NCBI RefSeq assembly: GCF_008831285.2
Contig: NC_045138.2
Span: forward strand, 27,776,001-27,840,000
Direction of reading: 5' to 3'
Source of the DNA: Nymphaea colorata
Taxonomy: Eukaryota
DNA length: 64,000 nucleotides
The position numbers and the translations under genes are program-made. Below are positions 28,700-41,354 of this stretch, piece after piece; position 1 is the first letter of the stretch; each line of letters begins with the position of its first letter. The notes beneath the pieces are model-generated. The model searched no databases. It had not been told where the DNA came from and worked only from the letters and a program-made list of their open reading frames with translations.

Positions 28700-29500
28700 T
28701 CCTTGTCACGCGCATCCCGAGATGGGGCCACAGCGAGGTCGACACGTGGCGGGCATCCCGGGAGGCCTTGGAAAGCCGGGGCCCACGCGCCACGCGTACG
28801 GGCTAAGGCGCGGAGGCTCCCGTGGCCGCCCACGTGATCGATCGCCACGTGTCGATCGGCTGTACGGAGAGGGTTTGTGGCCGCACGATCTGAAACCGGT
28901 ACGACGGCGCGATAACTATGAGCGTCGGGTCGGGAGGAGAGGAGAGGGCGATCGCCAGATGCAGGGCACCGGCTCCGCTTCACGTGACGGGGGAGCTTAG
29001 GTGGCGGGGAATCCGATCGCCCCGTGTAACCATCTCCAAGGGAGAGAGAGGCAGAGGGGTGAGGCCCCTCTGCTCCCCTCCACCGATCCGGTTCGCCCCA
29101 TCCGAGTCTTTTCTTCTGACCCCACGGCGGAGCTGGAATTTATCATCCATCGGTTGGCCATTCGATCCTGTGTCAACTGGCGACCATTTTAACGCGGAAA
29201 CCTGAGTCAAAGCCCACCTTCTTTTCTTTTTTTTTGTTCTCGCGTTCAACTTGGCCGTATCGCAATTTGGAAGAATCGGTGCTCGGGTTGAGGGCAGGCG
29301 CACCGATACGGAGGCCCCTTCGACCAATCGTGGTGACAACATATCTTCTTCGCAGGGGAGACCGACGGTTCACATCCTCGCAGTCGCATGGCCGAGCCCT
29401 AACTCGACGCCACGTCGGCAGCCCCTTTCTTTTTTTTTTTTTTTTTTTTCACCCTAAAGAAAGTAATTAAATTGTGAAATAAATCGTCCCCACGTCCCCA
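28700..29500. promoter_or_regulatory. GC-rich G-box/ABRE cluster, probable distal enhancer of the TZF gene
   Basis: CACGTG at 28743, 28831, 28846 and 28981. GACACGTGGC at 28741 with its inverse GCCACGTGTC at 28844. ACGCG CE3-like motifs at 28785-28796, GGGCCCAC at ~28779, GCCACGTC at 29409. Confidence 0.6.
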
Positions 29501-30681
29501 TCCCTCCTTCATTGCACCTCCTCTTCCTTCTATTGGCCTCCGCCTTTTGACGAAATCTCGGTGCTGCCCTCCACGATTTGGTTTCTTTTTAATGTGACGG
29601 ATTAGCAATAAATCCACAGAGGAGGCTGTCTGTCTACACGCTAAAGTGGCATTAACTTTAGTTCTTTAACAGGTAACGATATAATAACTTGAATGATGTT
29701 AACAATTTTGTCTTTACTGGAGAAAAAAGAAAAGAGTTGAAGAGGGGGAAAGAAAAAAAAATTTGAGGAGTCAGTAGAGCTTTTGGGGTTTCCTTTTCCT
29801 TGCTTGGTTAATGCTAACATCAAGCACTTCCTTCTTGTCAAATCAATCGTTGCAAGAAAATGAAAAAATTGAAGTATGTACAACCATGGCCGCAAATTCA
29901 CTACACTAAACGTTAAGCAAATCCACTCAATTAACCTAACAAAAACATGGTTTTAACTTCTTTTGCCCTTTACTTGTGGCTTTCATCACAATTCACAACA
30001 ACAAGCAAAATTTGACAAAATTCCACTCTTCAAGCTTTGGAGCCAACTTAACTCAAAGAAAAGCATATGTAACTTTCAATATATTTGAGTGAAAAGTGTG
30101 ATTTTTTTTTTTTTCTTTCCTTGGGCTTGTGTAAAAAGTGGGAGAGTCGAGGGCCAATTTGAGTGAGTAGGAAAAAAGACGAGAAACTTGACTGACCACC
30201 GTGCTTAAAAGAATTTAGTCAAGAAGCGGGCGGACTGAAATCCCGGAGAAGAAATTTGAAGGGTAAAATGGGAATGTAGGACCCTCATTTTCTTCCGTCG
30301 AATTTAATCTTTTTAATTTTTGCCCGCAGTAAATATACGAATCCACCGCCTCAAAGACCTCAAAACGGTGACCGTTAATAATATTTTAGCGAGGGAGTGG
30401 TGGGGCCGAGGAACAACACTCCACACCGTCGTTAACCATGGTTAAGCGCCTAACCCTGGAATCTGGTTAACTCCCCCTCTTTCTGTCTCCGAGCTAATAT
30501 ATTGGGACGACCCTCGTTGTTGGTTTTTCGCAGCGCAGACGGTCACCTCCCCCCCTCCCTCGAAAGACCATCATCGCCACCGCCATTGAAGTTCCTTCCT
30601 TCCTTCCTTCCTTCCTTTCCCCACCACCAGAAACCCTAAAACCACCATCCATCCATCCTCTGATCGTCCTCCTTCCAGTGT

Positions 30682-30690
30682 ATGGTGTAG
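30682..30690 (+). promoter_or_regulatory. Minimal uORF (ATG GTG TAG) ending 8 nt upstream of the TZF start codon
   Basis: atggtgtag at 30682-30690, out of frame with the main ORF. TATA-like taatatat at ~30495 suggests it lies in the 5'UTR. Confidence 0.5.
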
Positions 30691-30698
30691 TGCACACC

Positions 30699-32024
30699 AT
30701 GTTGGGTGAGAGCGCTTCGATGGACCACGCACCGCCATGGTCGCTGTTCGGCGAGCCCGGCGCCTTCCCAGAGCCCTACTCCCCCGGGACCTCGCCCGGC
30801 TCCGCCCGCGTCCTCACCCTTCCGGTGAGCGGCGTCACCATCCCTCACGGTCAGAACCAACTTGTTCACGATGCTTTCGCCGTTGGAGGCGGCGGAGGTT
30901 CGCCCGAGCCTGGCGGGTTTCACAAGGACTCGTCCGGCGACGTTCTCGCTGCGCTGCAGCTGCAGCGCTTCCTCCCCTCGAACAACGAGGGCTCGGAGGC
31001 CGGCGGCGCGGTCGACGCGTATTCGTGCGACGAGTTCCGGATGTACGACTTCAAGGTCAGGCGCTGCGTCCGTGGCCGGAGCCACGACTGGACCGAGTGC
31101 CCCTATGCTCATCCTGGGGAGAAGGCGAGGCGGAGGGATCCTCGTAAGTTTCACTATTCCGGCACGGCTTGCCCGGACTTCCGGAAGGGGAGCTGCAAGC
31201 GCGGAGACGCTTGCGAGTTCGCGCACGGCGTGTTCGAGTGCTGGCTTCATCCTGCGCGCTATCGTACACAGCCCTGCAAGGATGGAACCGCCTGCCGCCG
31301 GAGGGTGTGTTTCTTCGCCCACACTCCCGAGCAGCTGCGCCTCCTGCCTCAGACACAGCCCGGCCAGGCTCAGACCGTGTCTTCCCCTCGCCTCGCTGCT
31401 CATTCTCTCGGCGACTCCTACGATGGTTCCCCGCTCCGTCAGGCGCTCGCCGCGGGGCTCGACCTCGATAGCTATCTCGCTAAGTCGGCGATGATCTCGT
31501 CCCCGACCTCCATCCTAGTCGGCCATGGAGTCACCTCGCCTCCGGCCATTTCCCCGCCGTCGTCTCCCTGTGGTTCCCCTCCGCTTTCCCCTGCTGATGC
31601 CTCAAACCCTAACCATTCTTCCTACATCTGTGCCTTCTCCCCTCGCCGGACCCTTCCGACGAATTCAATGTGCGACATGCTGGCTTCTCTTCGCAATCTG
31701 CAGATCAGCAAGGCGAAAACCACGGCATGGCCGGCGGCACAGTTCTTGAACTCGCCTCGCGGCGCTTCCAGCCTTCGTCCGGGGCACAGCAGCCTGCCGG
31801 CGACTCCTACCGGCTGGGCTGCGGCGCCTGATATCTGGGATTGTAAGTTTGGCCCCGCCGGTTGCGGCGGACTCGGTTTGGACCTGGAGGAGGAGGAGCC
31901 CGCGGAGAGGGTGGAGTCTGGTCGGGACGTGCGGGCGAAAATGTTCGCGAGGCTCAGCAAGCAGAATTCCCTGGAGCGTCCGGAGACGCCGGACGTCGGT
32001 TGGGTCTCCGAGCTCGTCAAGTGA
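30699..32024 (+). CDS. TZF: Arginine-rich tandem CCCH zinc-finger protein (RR-TZF, no ankyrin repeats), 441 aa, intronless
   Basis: RR region [39 protein letters not shown]. Zinc fingers CX7CX5CX3H ([19 protein letters not shown]) and CX5CX4CX3H ([16 protein letters not shown]). C-terminal ERVESGR and [11 protein letters not shown]. First in-frame ATG is at 30699; the ORF track start at 30678 is a GTG. Confidence 0.95.
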   Translation: MLGESASMDHAPPWSLFGEPGAFPEPYSPGTSPGSARVLTLPVSGVTIPHGQNQLVHDAFAVGGGGGSPEPGGFHKDSSGDVLAALQLQRFLPSNNEGSEAGGAVDAYSCDEFRMYDFKVRRCVRGRSHDWTECPYAHPGEKARRRDPRKFHYSGTACPDFRKGSCKRGDACEFAHGVFECWLHPARYRTQPCKDGTACRRRVCFFAHTPEQLRLLPQTQPGQAQTVSSPRLAAHSLGDSYDGSPLRQALAAGLDLDSYLAKSAMISSPTSILVGHGVTSPPAISPPSSPCGSPPLSPADASNPNHSSYICAFSPRRTLPTNSMCDMLASLRNLQISKAKTTAWPAAQFLNSPRGASSLRPGHSSLPATPTGWAAAPDIWDCKFGPAGCGGLGLDLEEEEPAERVESGRDVRAKMFARLSKQNSLERPETPDVGWVSELVK

Positions 32025-35000
32025 GCGTTTCTTTGTTCTGGTTTTTTCTTTTTCCGTCGGCCCTTTTGGGTATTCCGTCGAGATTTCTGGCGGTCGACGG
32101 CTGGATATTGTTGGTATTCCGCCCGGGTTTTGTGAATAGCGGCTTCTAGGGGATGGATGATAGATAGTAAGAGAATGAAAAAAGCAAAAAGAAATAGGGG
32201 GGTCTAGGAAAAATTCAAGGAAACTCTTTGATTTGTCTAAATTTGTAAATAGAAGGTGGAACGGACGTGAATGTCACGCAGCTTTGGCCTGAAGGTTGAA
32301 AATATTTTTGTACAGGAGAGGAGCAAGATGGTAAATTGCCCGTTTCGGTAGGGGCTGCCGGGAAAGGGGAAAGGAGGAGCAGCGGCAGCGGAACTGTCTT
32401 ATCTTTATTCACGTTTTTGGTCCTTCATTTTGTTTCCTTTTGTGCCCTTGTGTATTCCGAAATGATCTTATGATTCCATTGGCAACCCTTCTCCCTTTTT
32501 TTTTTTCTTCTTTTTTAAATGTGTAATGTAATTATGTAATCGAACGCATTTTCCTGAGTAGAATGAAAGTGATTTATGGCATTATTATTTTTCTTTTCAC
32601 ACCGCCTTGTCCTTCGTTGGGAGACAAGATTTGATTTATTTTGTATTTTGCGGGGCCCTGTGGATAATTTTTTCTTTTTTATTCCATTGTTGGGGAAATA
32701 TTGTTAGGATGTGGGGGCATTGTGGTCATCTCATCTCATCAAGAAAAGATGTTACGGGCTTCAGCCGGTTCCGATGGCCAGCTTCTTCTCTTTTCGATCG
32801 AGCTTGGACCGGCACTGTTGTGTTTCTCATGGAAATGGCGATTTGTGTGATGGGCATTTTCGGCATCCGGTCCTTTGACCGGACCGGACAGCGATTAGAT
32901 TGAATTTAGAGGTTGCCCTTGGAGCAAGAATCCGTGGTCTTTCTCCCTCTTGTCCTTTTTTTTTCTTTCGTCCGTCCCAAAGCTCTATATTTATTTTTGC
33001 CTGTCCTAAGAAATGAAAGCAGGAAGGAACTGAGATTTCTTTTGAAGGACGCGTCTTTTCACGTGCCTAAAGCCGATCGACTCGCCCCTTTGATCTTGCT
33101 GCTTTCTTTATGGAGAGGGGGATGAGTCATGATGAAGGGATCTGGAGTTTTTTTTTTTTTTTTTTTTTTTTTTCTTAAAAAGGATTTCTTAGTGTTTTTT
33201 TAGTTTATAAAAAAGAAAAAGGAAAACTGAAGTGGCCTTGTACATCTATCTACTCTCAAATACAAAATCCCGTCTGTCTTATCGTGTTTGATTCGGGAGG
33301 GTTTTGGGGGGGATGGGGCCCCAGCCCAGCCCAGCCCTCTTGGGGAGTTTGGCGGCCTTAGATAATTAATAAAAGAGGTATTCTGGCTTCTAGGGTTCTG
33401 AGGGGGTCTTGTCAGGAGTTGAGGGGGGCGTGGGTCCGCAGCTCCCCAGTCGGCAGATTTAGATTGGATAACGGAACAAATTGGGGGAATACGAGCAGCT
33501 AGTGCTCTCTTCCCATTTACTATTTCAGAACGGACGGGGGCGGGGCGGGGCCCATGAGAGAAAGCGCCCTTCCCCGTCTTCAATCTTCATCTCCCCCTAA
33601 AGTAAAAACAAGTAATATATCTTTATCGTCTTTGTATCGCAAGTTATGGATCTCCGTATTATTTATTTTTTAAGCTTCATAAGCATTTTTAGTGGCTTTG
33701 AGATTACTTTGAGATTGCAAGATATCTTTTTCACTGAGAAGAAGTCGTGGGTGTGTTCTCTGACATTGCTTGGGATCCAAGTCACCAGGAACAGACGGTG
33801 GGGAACGTTGCATCTAAAGAGTCTGCCGCAGAATTTGGCCCCATCCCTGTCAGATGAATTATTTTCAAAGCATTTGTTTTCCAATCTTTGATATGTCGGG
33901 AGTTGCGGCAGTACAAAATAAATAAATAAATCCTGCTTTGAATTAAACGCCACGAGAAGCTAGCTTGATATAATGTATACTTACTCAGTTTTTTCCTTGC
34001 TAGTTATGAGCCTTAGTAAGGAAAATTTAATGGCCATTCTACAGGAACAAGTTACCAACCAACTAACTCGCTTCTGCATCTTTTGGTAAGTAAATAAACC
34101 GCTACCCATGATGAGATAAGCAAAGCATCCACCAGACCAGACAAAAGAAAGAGATAAGAGGGCCAGGAATCGCGTTAATTGTAGTGCCGTTTCAAGGCAT
34201 CATCGAACTTGGCATTTGCAGCAAATTAATGAAGCAACATGTTCCCTGGGTACGCGGGTTTTGTGTCTGCTGCTTTAGGACTTCTCCCTTTGTTTTTGAT
34301 TCATTATAAAACTATCAAGTATTTGAGAGTTGGAGGCAGGTAGATATCATAGGTCCCGTTTGGCTGTTCTTGCTGGTCACTACGTAGGACCCAATCTTTT
34401 TCACATCACAAGGTCCTGTTCTTTTGCTTTTAGGCAAGCACTGCACTTGATTGTTCTGGAGAAACAGTCACTTTTGCATGTGAAAGGATTTTAAGAAAGT
34501 TTTTTTCCCTTCTTTTTCTTTCCTTGCGTAAAACTGTTCGAAGCTCGAGTTCGATGTCGCCAGCGAAAAGAAAAGGCTGCCGAGCACATTGGAAGACTCC
34601 AAACATGTCTCCACTTATATATATATGCTCTCTCAAGTGGCGTCCTTTTTGAAGGCAACTTTGGCACCACTCTTGTTGTAGTGAGTAGAGGGAGAAAATC
34701 ACAGATTCTTGTGTAGGTAAAAGTTTTGGGTCTGAGAAGAGGGAGGAGGTGGTCGGAAAAAAGAGTTGGGTGGCAGCTCCAAACGCCCTTTCGGAGGACA
34801 TTTAAGGCGTGTTTGATTGACAGTCAAAACTTGATTTGAAAACATAAACCAAGTTTCAAACACCAGGTTTTCACAAACACTACATTTTTTTAGGATGTCC
34901 ACAAAGCACAAACTATGCATTTTTATAGCAACCGAAGAGAAGTCTTAGGGTTGCATGAGTCCCAATGAGTAATATATTCTTTCGACTGCACGTTGTTTTA

Positions 35001-38000
35001 GAATAAATAATTTTAGACCATCTTTTGAGTGGAAAAAATGGTTTATTGAAATTGAATAACCCATCAATGCAGTGGGCTTTTGAGAGGCCAAGCGACTAAA
35101 GGAAGCCTGAGTACTTAGAATGCACTGATCAGGATAAGTTCTAAACTGTACATTGTATACTTTTTTATTTATTCATGGGCTTGTGAAGACGTTGGTTGCA
35201 TTTAAGTTTTCAGTAAATTCGCTCACGTGCATCACTTTGCTTTCTCTCTCTTTGAGTTGGGTTGAGGGATGCTGCTGGAGACTAAGTGGACCGGTCCTCT
35301 CTCTCTCTCTCTCTGTTAGATGTACACAGATGCTTCATCATCCTATATGTTTGAAAGGTTAACAAGCACATTTTGTCTTAATGCAACATGCATCATATTA
35401 TGGATAACTAAGTTTGTTGCTCTCAACAATGAAGCACTATTCCCTCTAGCTTAGGTGACCTTTCTGCGCCCTTCAAATTACTTATGACAAATCTAACTCT
35501 ATAGATGTATTTATGATGTCAGATTTATACAAGTGAGAGAGAACTAGTGAAACTCCGAGGGGTAGGTTAATTTTGCTGAGTTTAATTCATGGTTTTAAAT
35601 TTGTCAGCCAATAAAATCATATCCACACATCAAATTCTAATAATGTATTCACATTCAGATTTAATGATATTTTTGGACACTTTGAGCAGTTGAATTCTTC
35701 CAAAGCAACCACATAGGAAAATAGATAGCCATTGTACCTTCATATACTAGAGCTGATGGGAATCATCTAAGTGGTAGATTAAAAGGATATCATATGCTGG
35801 AGTTTAAATTGTTGGTATAGAAGTTAAGTTGTCTTTCAAAAAGTTTGAAATAAGACAAGCATTTAATTTTCCTCTCTTCCCCACTTTCTCCTCTCTCTCT
35901 CTCTCTCTCTCTCCCCCTTCTTTTGAACTCTCTAAAAACAACTAGGTTTTTGCATTTGTGATTAATCTCGACTGCTTGATTTCCATGGATCAATGCCTCA
36001 TACAGTTCCCATTACAATCTAATATACAAGGATCTGTGATTACCTGAGGTGAGAGAGAGAGAGAGATTGACTTTTCAGAGTCACCAAACCATCTAATCAG
36101 GTCCATCCGATCCAACATCATGAAAGGTTAAGAGACAAACAATGAGAAAACGGTTATAGACATTTTCATCATTTATTATTAGTTCACATCTTTTCTTCAT
36201 TGTTTTTCTCTTAATCGTCCATTTGTTTTGAATAGACGGCTCTGGTTAGATGACTGTGTGATGTATATATATGTGTGTTATAGAGTGGTGTGCCGGAGAA
36301 ACACAACTCTAGCGTTGTTCTTGTCGACGGTAATGTCCAACGACTTGTTCCTGTAGGCCTTCTAACTTTTGTGAAAGATTCTTCCCATGTATATGAAATC
36401 GATCCTCCGATCCTCCGGAGAATCCTCGCTTGTGGAGGCTGATGTCAAATTGGGGGCCCTCTTCCACTTCCACCATACCTACAAGCCAAAAGCCACTAAG
36501 TTTCACATACACCTTTCACAACAAGAATATAGAATCCATTCTCCCGTCAACCGATGATGTTATATTTGTGCCTTACGGTGCATTATGGGTAAAATGAATA
36601 CAACCCTTATAGAGACCAACATAAGAATTATGTAATAATCAAATACTTTACTTATCAAGGGCAAGAGAAAAAAAAAAACCATAAAATTATATAGAACAAT
36701 TTCCATATCATATCTTCCTATATCTACGCTGCAGTTAGTCGAGAACAACACCAGAAAAACAAAAAATTTATACAACATTGCCTCCGATTCATAATAGCAT
36801 GAGCGCAAGACCTACCGGCAAAAGGCTCCTGGCATAACGGAGATGCCTCGAACACGTAACCAGGTGTCCGTTCGAGGAGGTCAAGAGTCGAGCATCTCCC
36901 CATGCATGTTCCCATAATTTTAAGGCGACTGTGGTACTGGTGAACTTTTTTTTTTTTTTTTTTGTCTATTACGTCCAAAAAAGGAAGACATGGCCTGCAA
37001 TTTTTGCCGGAAAATTTTTCCGGCGTGCTGAGAAATATGCACCTTTCTAGCAGGTCAAATCTCACGTAAACACACGAAGGAAGGCCCGTCACTTTAAATC
37101 AGTTTGGCATTTGGACGGCAAGAAATGGTATTCACGGTGAGGGTGTGAAAGAGGCAGATGTATTATTTTAATTGTTGGTAGAAAGCCATTGGAGATGGAG
37201 GAGATATTTTTCAGAGGAGTGATGTCTGATGACTAAAGCAGAATTCATATTTAATTTTCAATATAATAAGAATGTGGTTGTGTAGCCAGGTGGCGGCATG
37301 TGGAAACACCTGACCCTCGACATGCTCTAGATAAATGTCCAACATCGACTCGGACTTTGAGTTCCTCCATCCTATTGAAAAAAAAGACGCTAGTATTCAG
37401 ATCCGGATTTCTGCATTATTTGTACAAATTCCATTGAAAATATGGTATTTGAAAGTTCTTGCTGTCAATATTTCAAGAGTAGGCCTTGATGGGCTGGCTA
37501 ACTAGCTGGATTTGCGGATTGGTGAAAATCTGATCATTAGTTTGATTTCCATAGCCACTTGAACTGTAAATAGGAAAAAAGAAGACATTATAAACCTGTC
37601 ATGAATCACCAACATTTCTTGAATAGGCATAATTACATATAATATGGCTCCATATTACTATCTTTATTGCTACAATATTAAGCGTTTCGGCTTTAATATT
37701 TTTCAGACAAATGCATCTGGCTTGAGAGTGATGTGCCTGAAACGATAAAAGTTCGCAAGCAAGAACACATAATGCATATTATTTTGATGAAGGACACAAA
37801 AAGTTCGATTTTTGGATATTTTGATCTGCAAAGAATGCACTTTGTTTTAGATCCGGTCATTATACTTTGTTAAAAAAAAAAAAAAGCATTTGAAAAATGA
37901 TTACTATTAAAATACAAGTTAGACTTTGCTTTAATGCTTGTCAATTTATGCGAGGATTCCCTTTTTTAAGTTGTGTTTGGTTGACACTTTCATAAACTTC

Positions 38001-40881
38001 CTTTATGATTTGTGAAAACCTGATTTTTAACTTGTTTTTTACAGTTCTGTGCAATGACTAAAATACCCCTCATCAAATTAAAGGGGGAGATTTTGAAAAG
38101 ATAAAAAATAAATTATAAAAATAAAAAGATCAAATAGTACAATTGACCATGAGAAATTTCTAAAATGCCCCACCTTTTCTCTGAGGTGTGCATATTTTTT
38201 GGGTAAACAAAAATTGCGCAACTCGGTCCGGTTACCGAGACTCGGGGTTTTTTTTGTGTGGGCTATAATATTAAAATAACATTTTCTGTGAAGCTTGATG
38301 AAGGGGCCGAGTTACGTACTTTATTTTTAAAATGTTATTTTGTCAAAAACTACAGTTCTATAAATTCAATTTGAATGCCTACTTTATAAGCTGTTTTAGA
38401 AGCAAAACAACATTTTGCGACATCCAAAGTGACAACTAAAGATGTTGCACCCAAATACGCCCTTATCCACAATCCTACTGTTGCTTTTTTTTTTTAGTTC
38501 TTTGATGCTTCCCAATGAACTTTCTAGCACCAACTTGAAAAAGATGGAGGCATTTGCCACTGCAAATTCACAATTAATGCACTCCACCATCATTGCTTCC
38601 CTCCATTGGTGGACGCATGAATATGGCCTCATATTTTGACAGTTCAAGTCGATGGGCCGGGAAATTCATGATGGAGATTTAACAGGATCGTCGACGAAGT
38701 TATGCATACGAAATCTTGGTAACTCCGCAGCATACCAAGATGAAATAACATGCTGATGCTGTCTATTTACCCGAAGGAGAGCTGCATTTAATTTGGTCTC
38801 TGTAAAACAATATGATTATCAACTTCTTTATTGATGAAAACGAACTTGGTGGATGCATGAAAGTGAACTTGCCATGTGGCAGCGGCGAAGGGGAAACTTA
38901 TCTTCCAGTGAGCGAAAGTGGTCGGGGGATCATTCCCCAATAACTCTTTTTTTTTTTTTTTTGTCTTTCGATGTTCGGGCTCAGCTTTTGAGTTCTTATG
39001 AGATTACCATATTTCTAAGGGAGCAAAGCGCCATGAACATGGGGGTGATTCCAGAGACACGTAATTATTTGCTAATCTTCTTTATACGCACCAGACGATA
39101 GCTTTATGGATTTCACCTCTGGGTTGTCAAAATTTTACTTGTCTGAGTTAAAAATTCTGCAACTTTTTACCTCCGCGGTGCAGTTAAACATGGGTCACCG
39201 CGGTGAAGCTTGGAGAAACAGAAGGGTCCAGAGGCGGTGGTGGTGATGGGATGTCCTCATCAACTCCAATCGGCCACAGATCCGGTACGTCCTTTTCTCG
39301 TGAGAGTCCCTTCGTTTCAGGCGCGGACAAGAAGATGGCCGTCATCACCTGCCCCACATCGCTGCTTATGCAAACGACAACCCCTGTCTCTCTCTCTCTC
39401 TCTCTCTCTTCGCCAGCCCTCTTCAATTTAGTCTGCCATTAAGCTCATTAGTTGCTGGTGAGATGGAAACAGGTGAGTGTTCATAGACGAGTCTTGCTGC
39501 GTTCAATCCTTTGCCGTTTCCTACGGAGTGATCTTCACCTCGCCCTGCGGATTGGTCGTCATCTGTTTCGTTCTGCAGACTGGCCCTCTTTCTCTGTTCT
39601 CAATCTTCCTTCTTCTATCTTCATCAATTTTTTGGCCAGTTTTTTTTCCCATTTGCTTGGCTTGTTTGCGTTCAGTCATGGCTTGTCGCCAATTTTGTTA
39701 ATAAATTTCCCGTTTGATCGGATCTCTCTCTGAGTTGCACCTTTGGGCTATGGTGCTATATGACAGAGACCAGTAATCTTCTCCATGTCGCAGATAAGGG
39801 TACCTTCTTCCTCGACTTAATTAGGGAGACAGACTCGAAATCTTCAAGTATAAAAAAATAAATGGTTCAATAAATAATCCTTTAAGGATGGATGAGCTTC
39901 AACACAGTGGCAGTCATGTCTTATCACTACAAGAAGGCAGACTACCTCAAGATTCGTCTTTTAGCACGATATCACTAGTTTGTCAACTTTAAAGCGAAAG
40001 AAAAACATATCTGCGTATAAGGAGGAATATTGAAATAATATAGTGTCCACATGCAATTTGGATAAGGGTTGTTAATTCATTAACATCATTACCGCAAAGG
40101 AAAAACAATATCAACAGTTAGTTAATATTATTTTTTGCTCGGTACGTTGTGGATCATCCCCTACAATCTCAATATTTTTACAATTTTTGTGATTGGCTTT
40201 GTCTAATCTTGCTCCCCGCAACCTCTTAAAAATGGAATATGCTTTCAAATCAAGCCGAATGAACAATTCCTAGATCCCAGCTAAAGATAAGACTGTAACG
40301 GGTGACGGCCTAGAGGTTGGGTTCGTAAGTAAGAAAGTTTTTTTGTCAATAATTCCACAGTAAACAGCACGGTACTGTCGATTTGGTCAAATGTAGGGTA
40401 AGGGCCGCCATGATGGTGCACGAGTAAAGGGGCTCCACCGAGCATAATGAGGGCGAGAGAAAGAGATATTGGCACATGTCACTGACAGATTCTGATCTAT
40501 AGTTCCCGTTTGGATGAGATGCTGAGACTTCGTGATCTCAGTTGTTCCTTAACTTTCCCCGGGAAGAATGATCCGTGCACAGTAGGCAGGTGAGTCGGAA
40601 GAAAATGTGCACCGGTAGACCAAAAAAAAAAAAAAACAAATATCTTCCACAAATATTCAATGGGGAATAATTGCTTGGCTTTGAAAAAGGGCTACTGGAT
40701 TGCGTACCCTCTAATTCAGGCAGGATATTTCTTTTTGGGTTTGGAAACTAAAAAAGTAGAGATACGTTCATAACTACACCCTTTCTTTTGACGATAACCA
40801 AAAACATGCTTCAAATTTTCATTTATTGCTGAAAACGGATCAAGCTCCGAACTCCTTCCACATGGTAAACCAGCTTGCTTG

Positions 40882-41354
40882 TAGGGCTGCACATAGCCAG
40901 AGTTGTAGCTTAGCCACCTCGAACTCGACTCGGTTCAAAAAACTCGAGCTTCAGCTTGGCTTGAACTCGACTCGAGCTCTTTATAGCAAGTTCGAGCTCG
41001 ACTCAACTACACAAATTCGAACTCGAACTTGACTCGTTTAACTCATTTAACTCGTTTAAGCGTTTATTCTTTGGTAATTCACTCCTGTAAACGTTAACTC
41101 AGGTAACTTGTGTAACTCGTTTAATTCGTATAACTTGTGAAACCAGTTTTGGTAATATTATATATAATATTAGTTTGCAAGTCGTGTATAGTACAAACGA
41201 GTCGAATTTTTGAAACTCGAACTCGACTCGTTTATCCTTTCGAGTATCATTGTAAGTTCGAACTTAGCTCGTTTATAAGCAAGTCAAGCACGAGCAGAGT
41301 TTTTTCGAGTGAGTTCGAGTCGAACTCAAGTTGGCTCGACTCTGTGCAGCCCTA
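40882..41354. mobile_element. hAT-family MITE, 473 bp, intact ends
   Basis: Perfect 12-bp TIR TAGGGCTGCACA / TGTGCAGCCCTA. Perfect 8-bp TSD CTTGCTTG at 40874-40881 and 41355-41362. Many subterminal ACTCG/CTCGA motifs. Confidence 0.92.

Noticed and set aside
28503..29470. Cluster of 60-126 aa Arg/Gly/Pro-rich ORFs
   Set aside because: By-product of high GC content; no homology or splice structure. Better explained as a regulatory island.
30636..32149. Long overlapping and antisense ORFs (255, 210, 136, 132 aa) across the TZF gene
   Set aside because: Expected shadows of a very GC-rich CDS with few stop codons; no recognisable domains.
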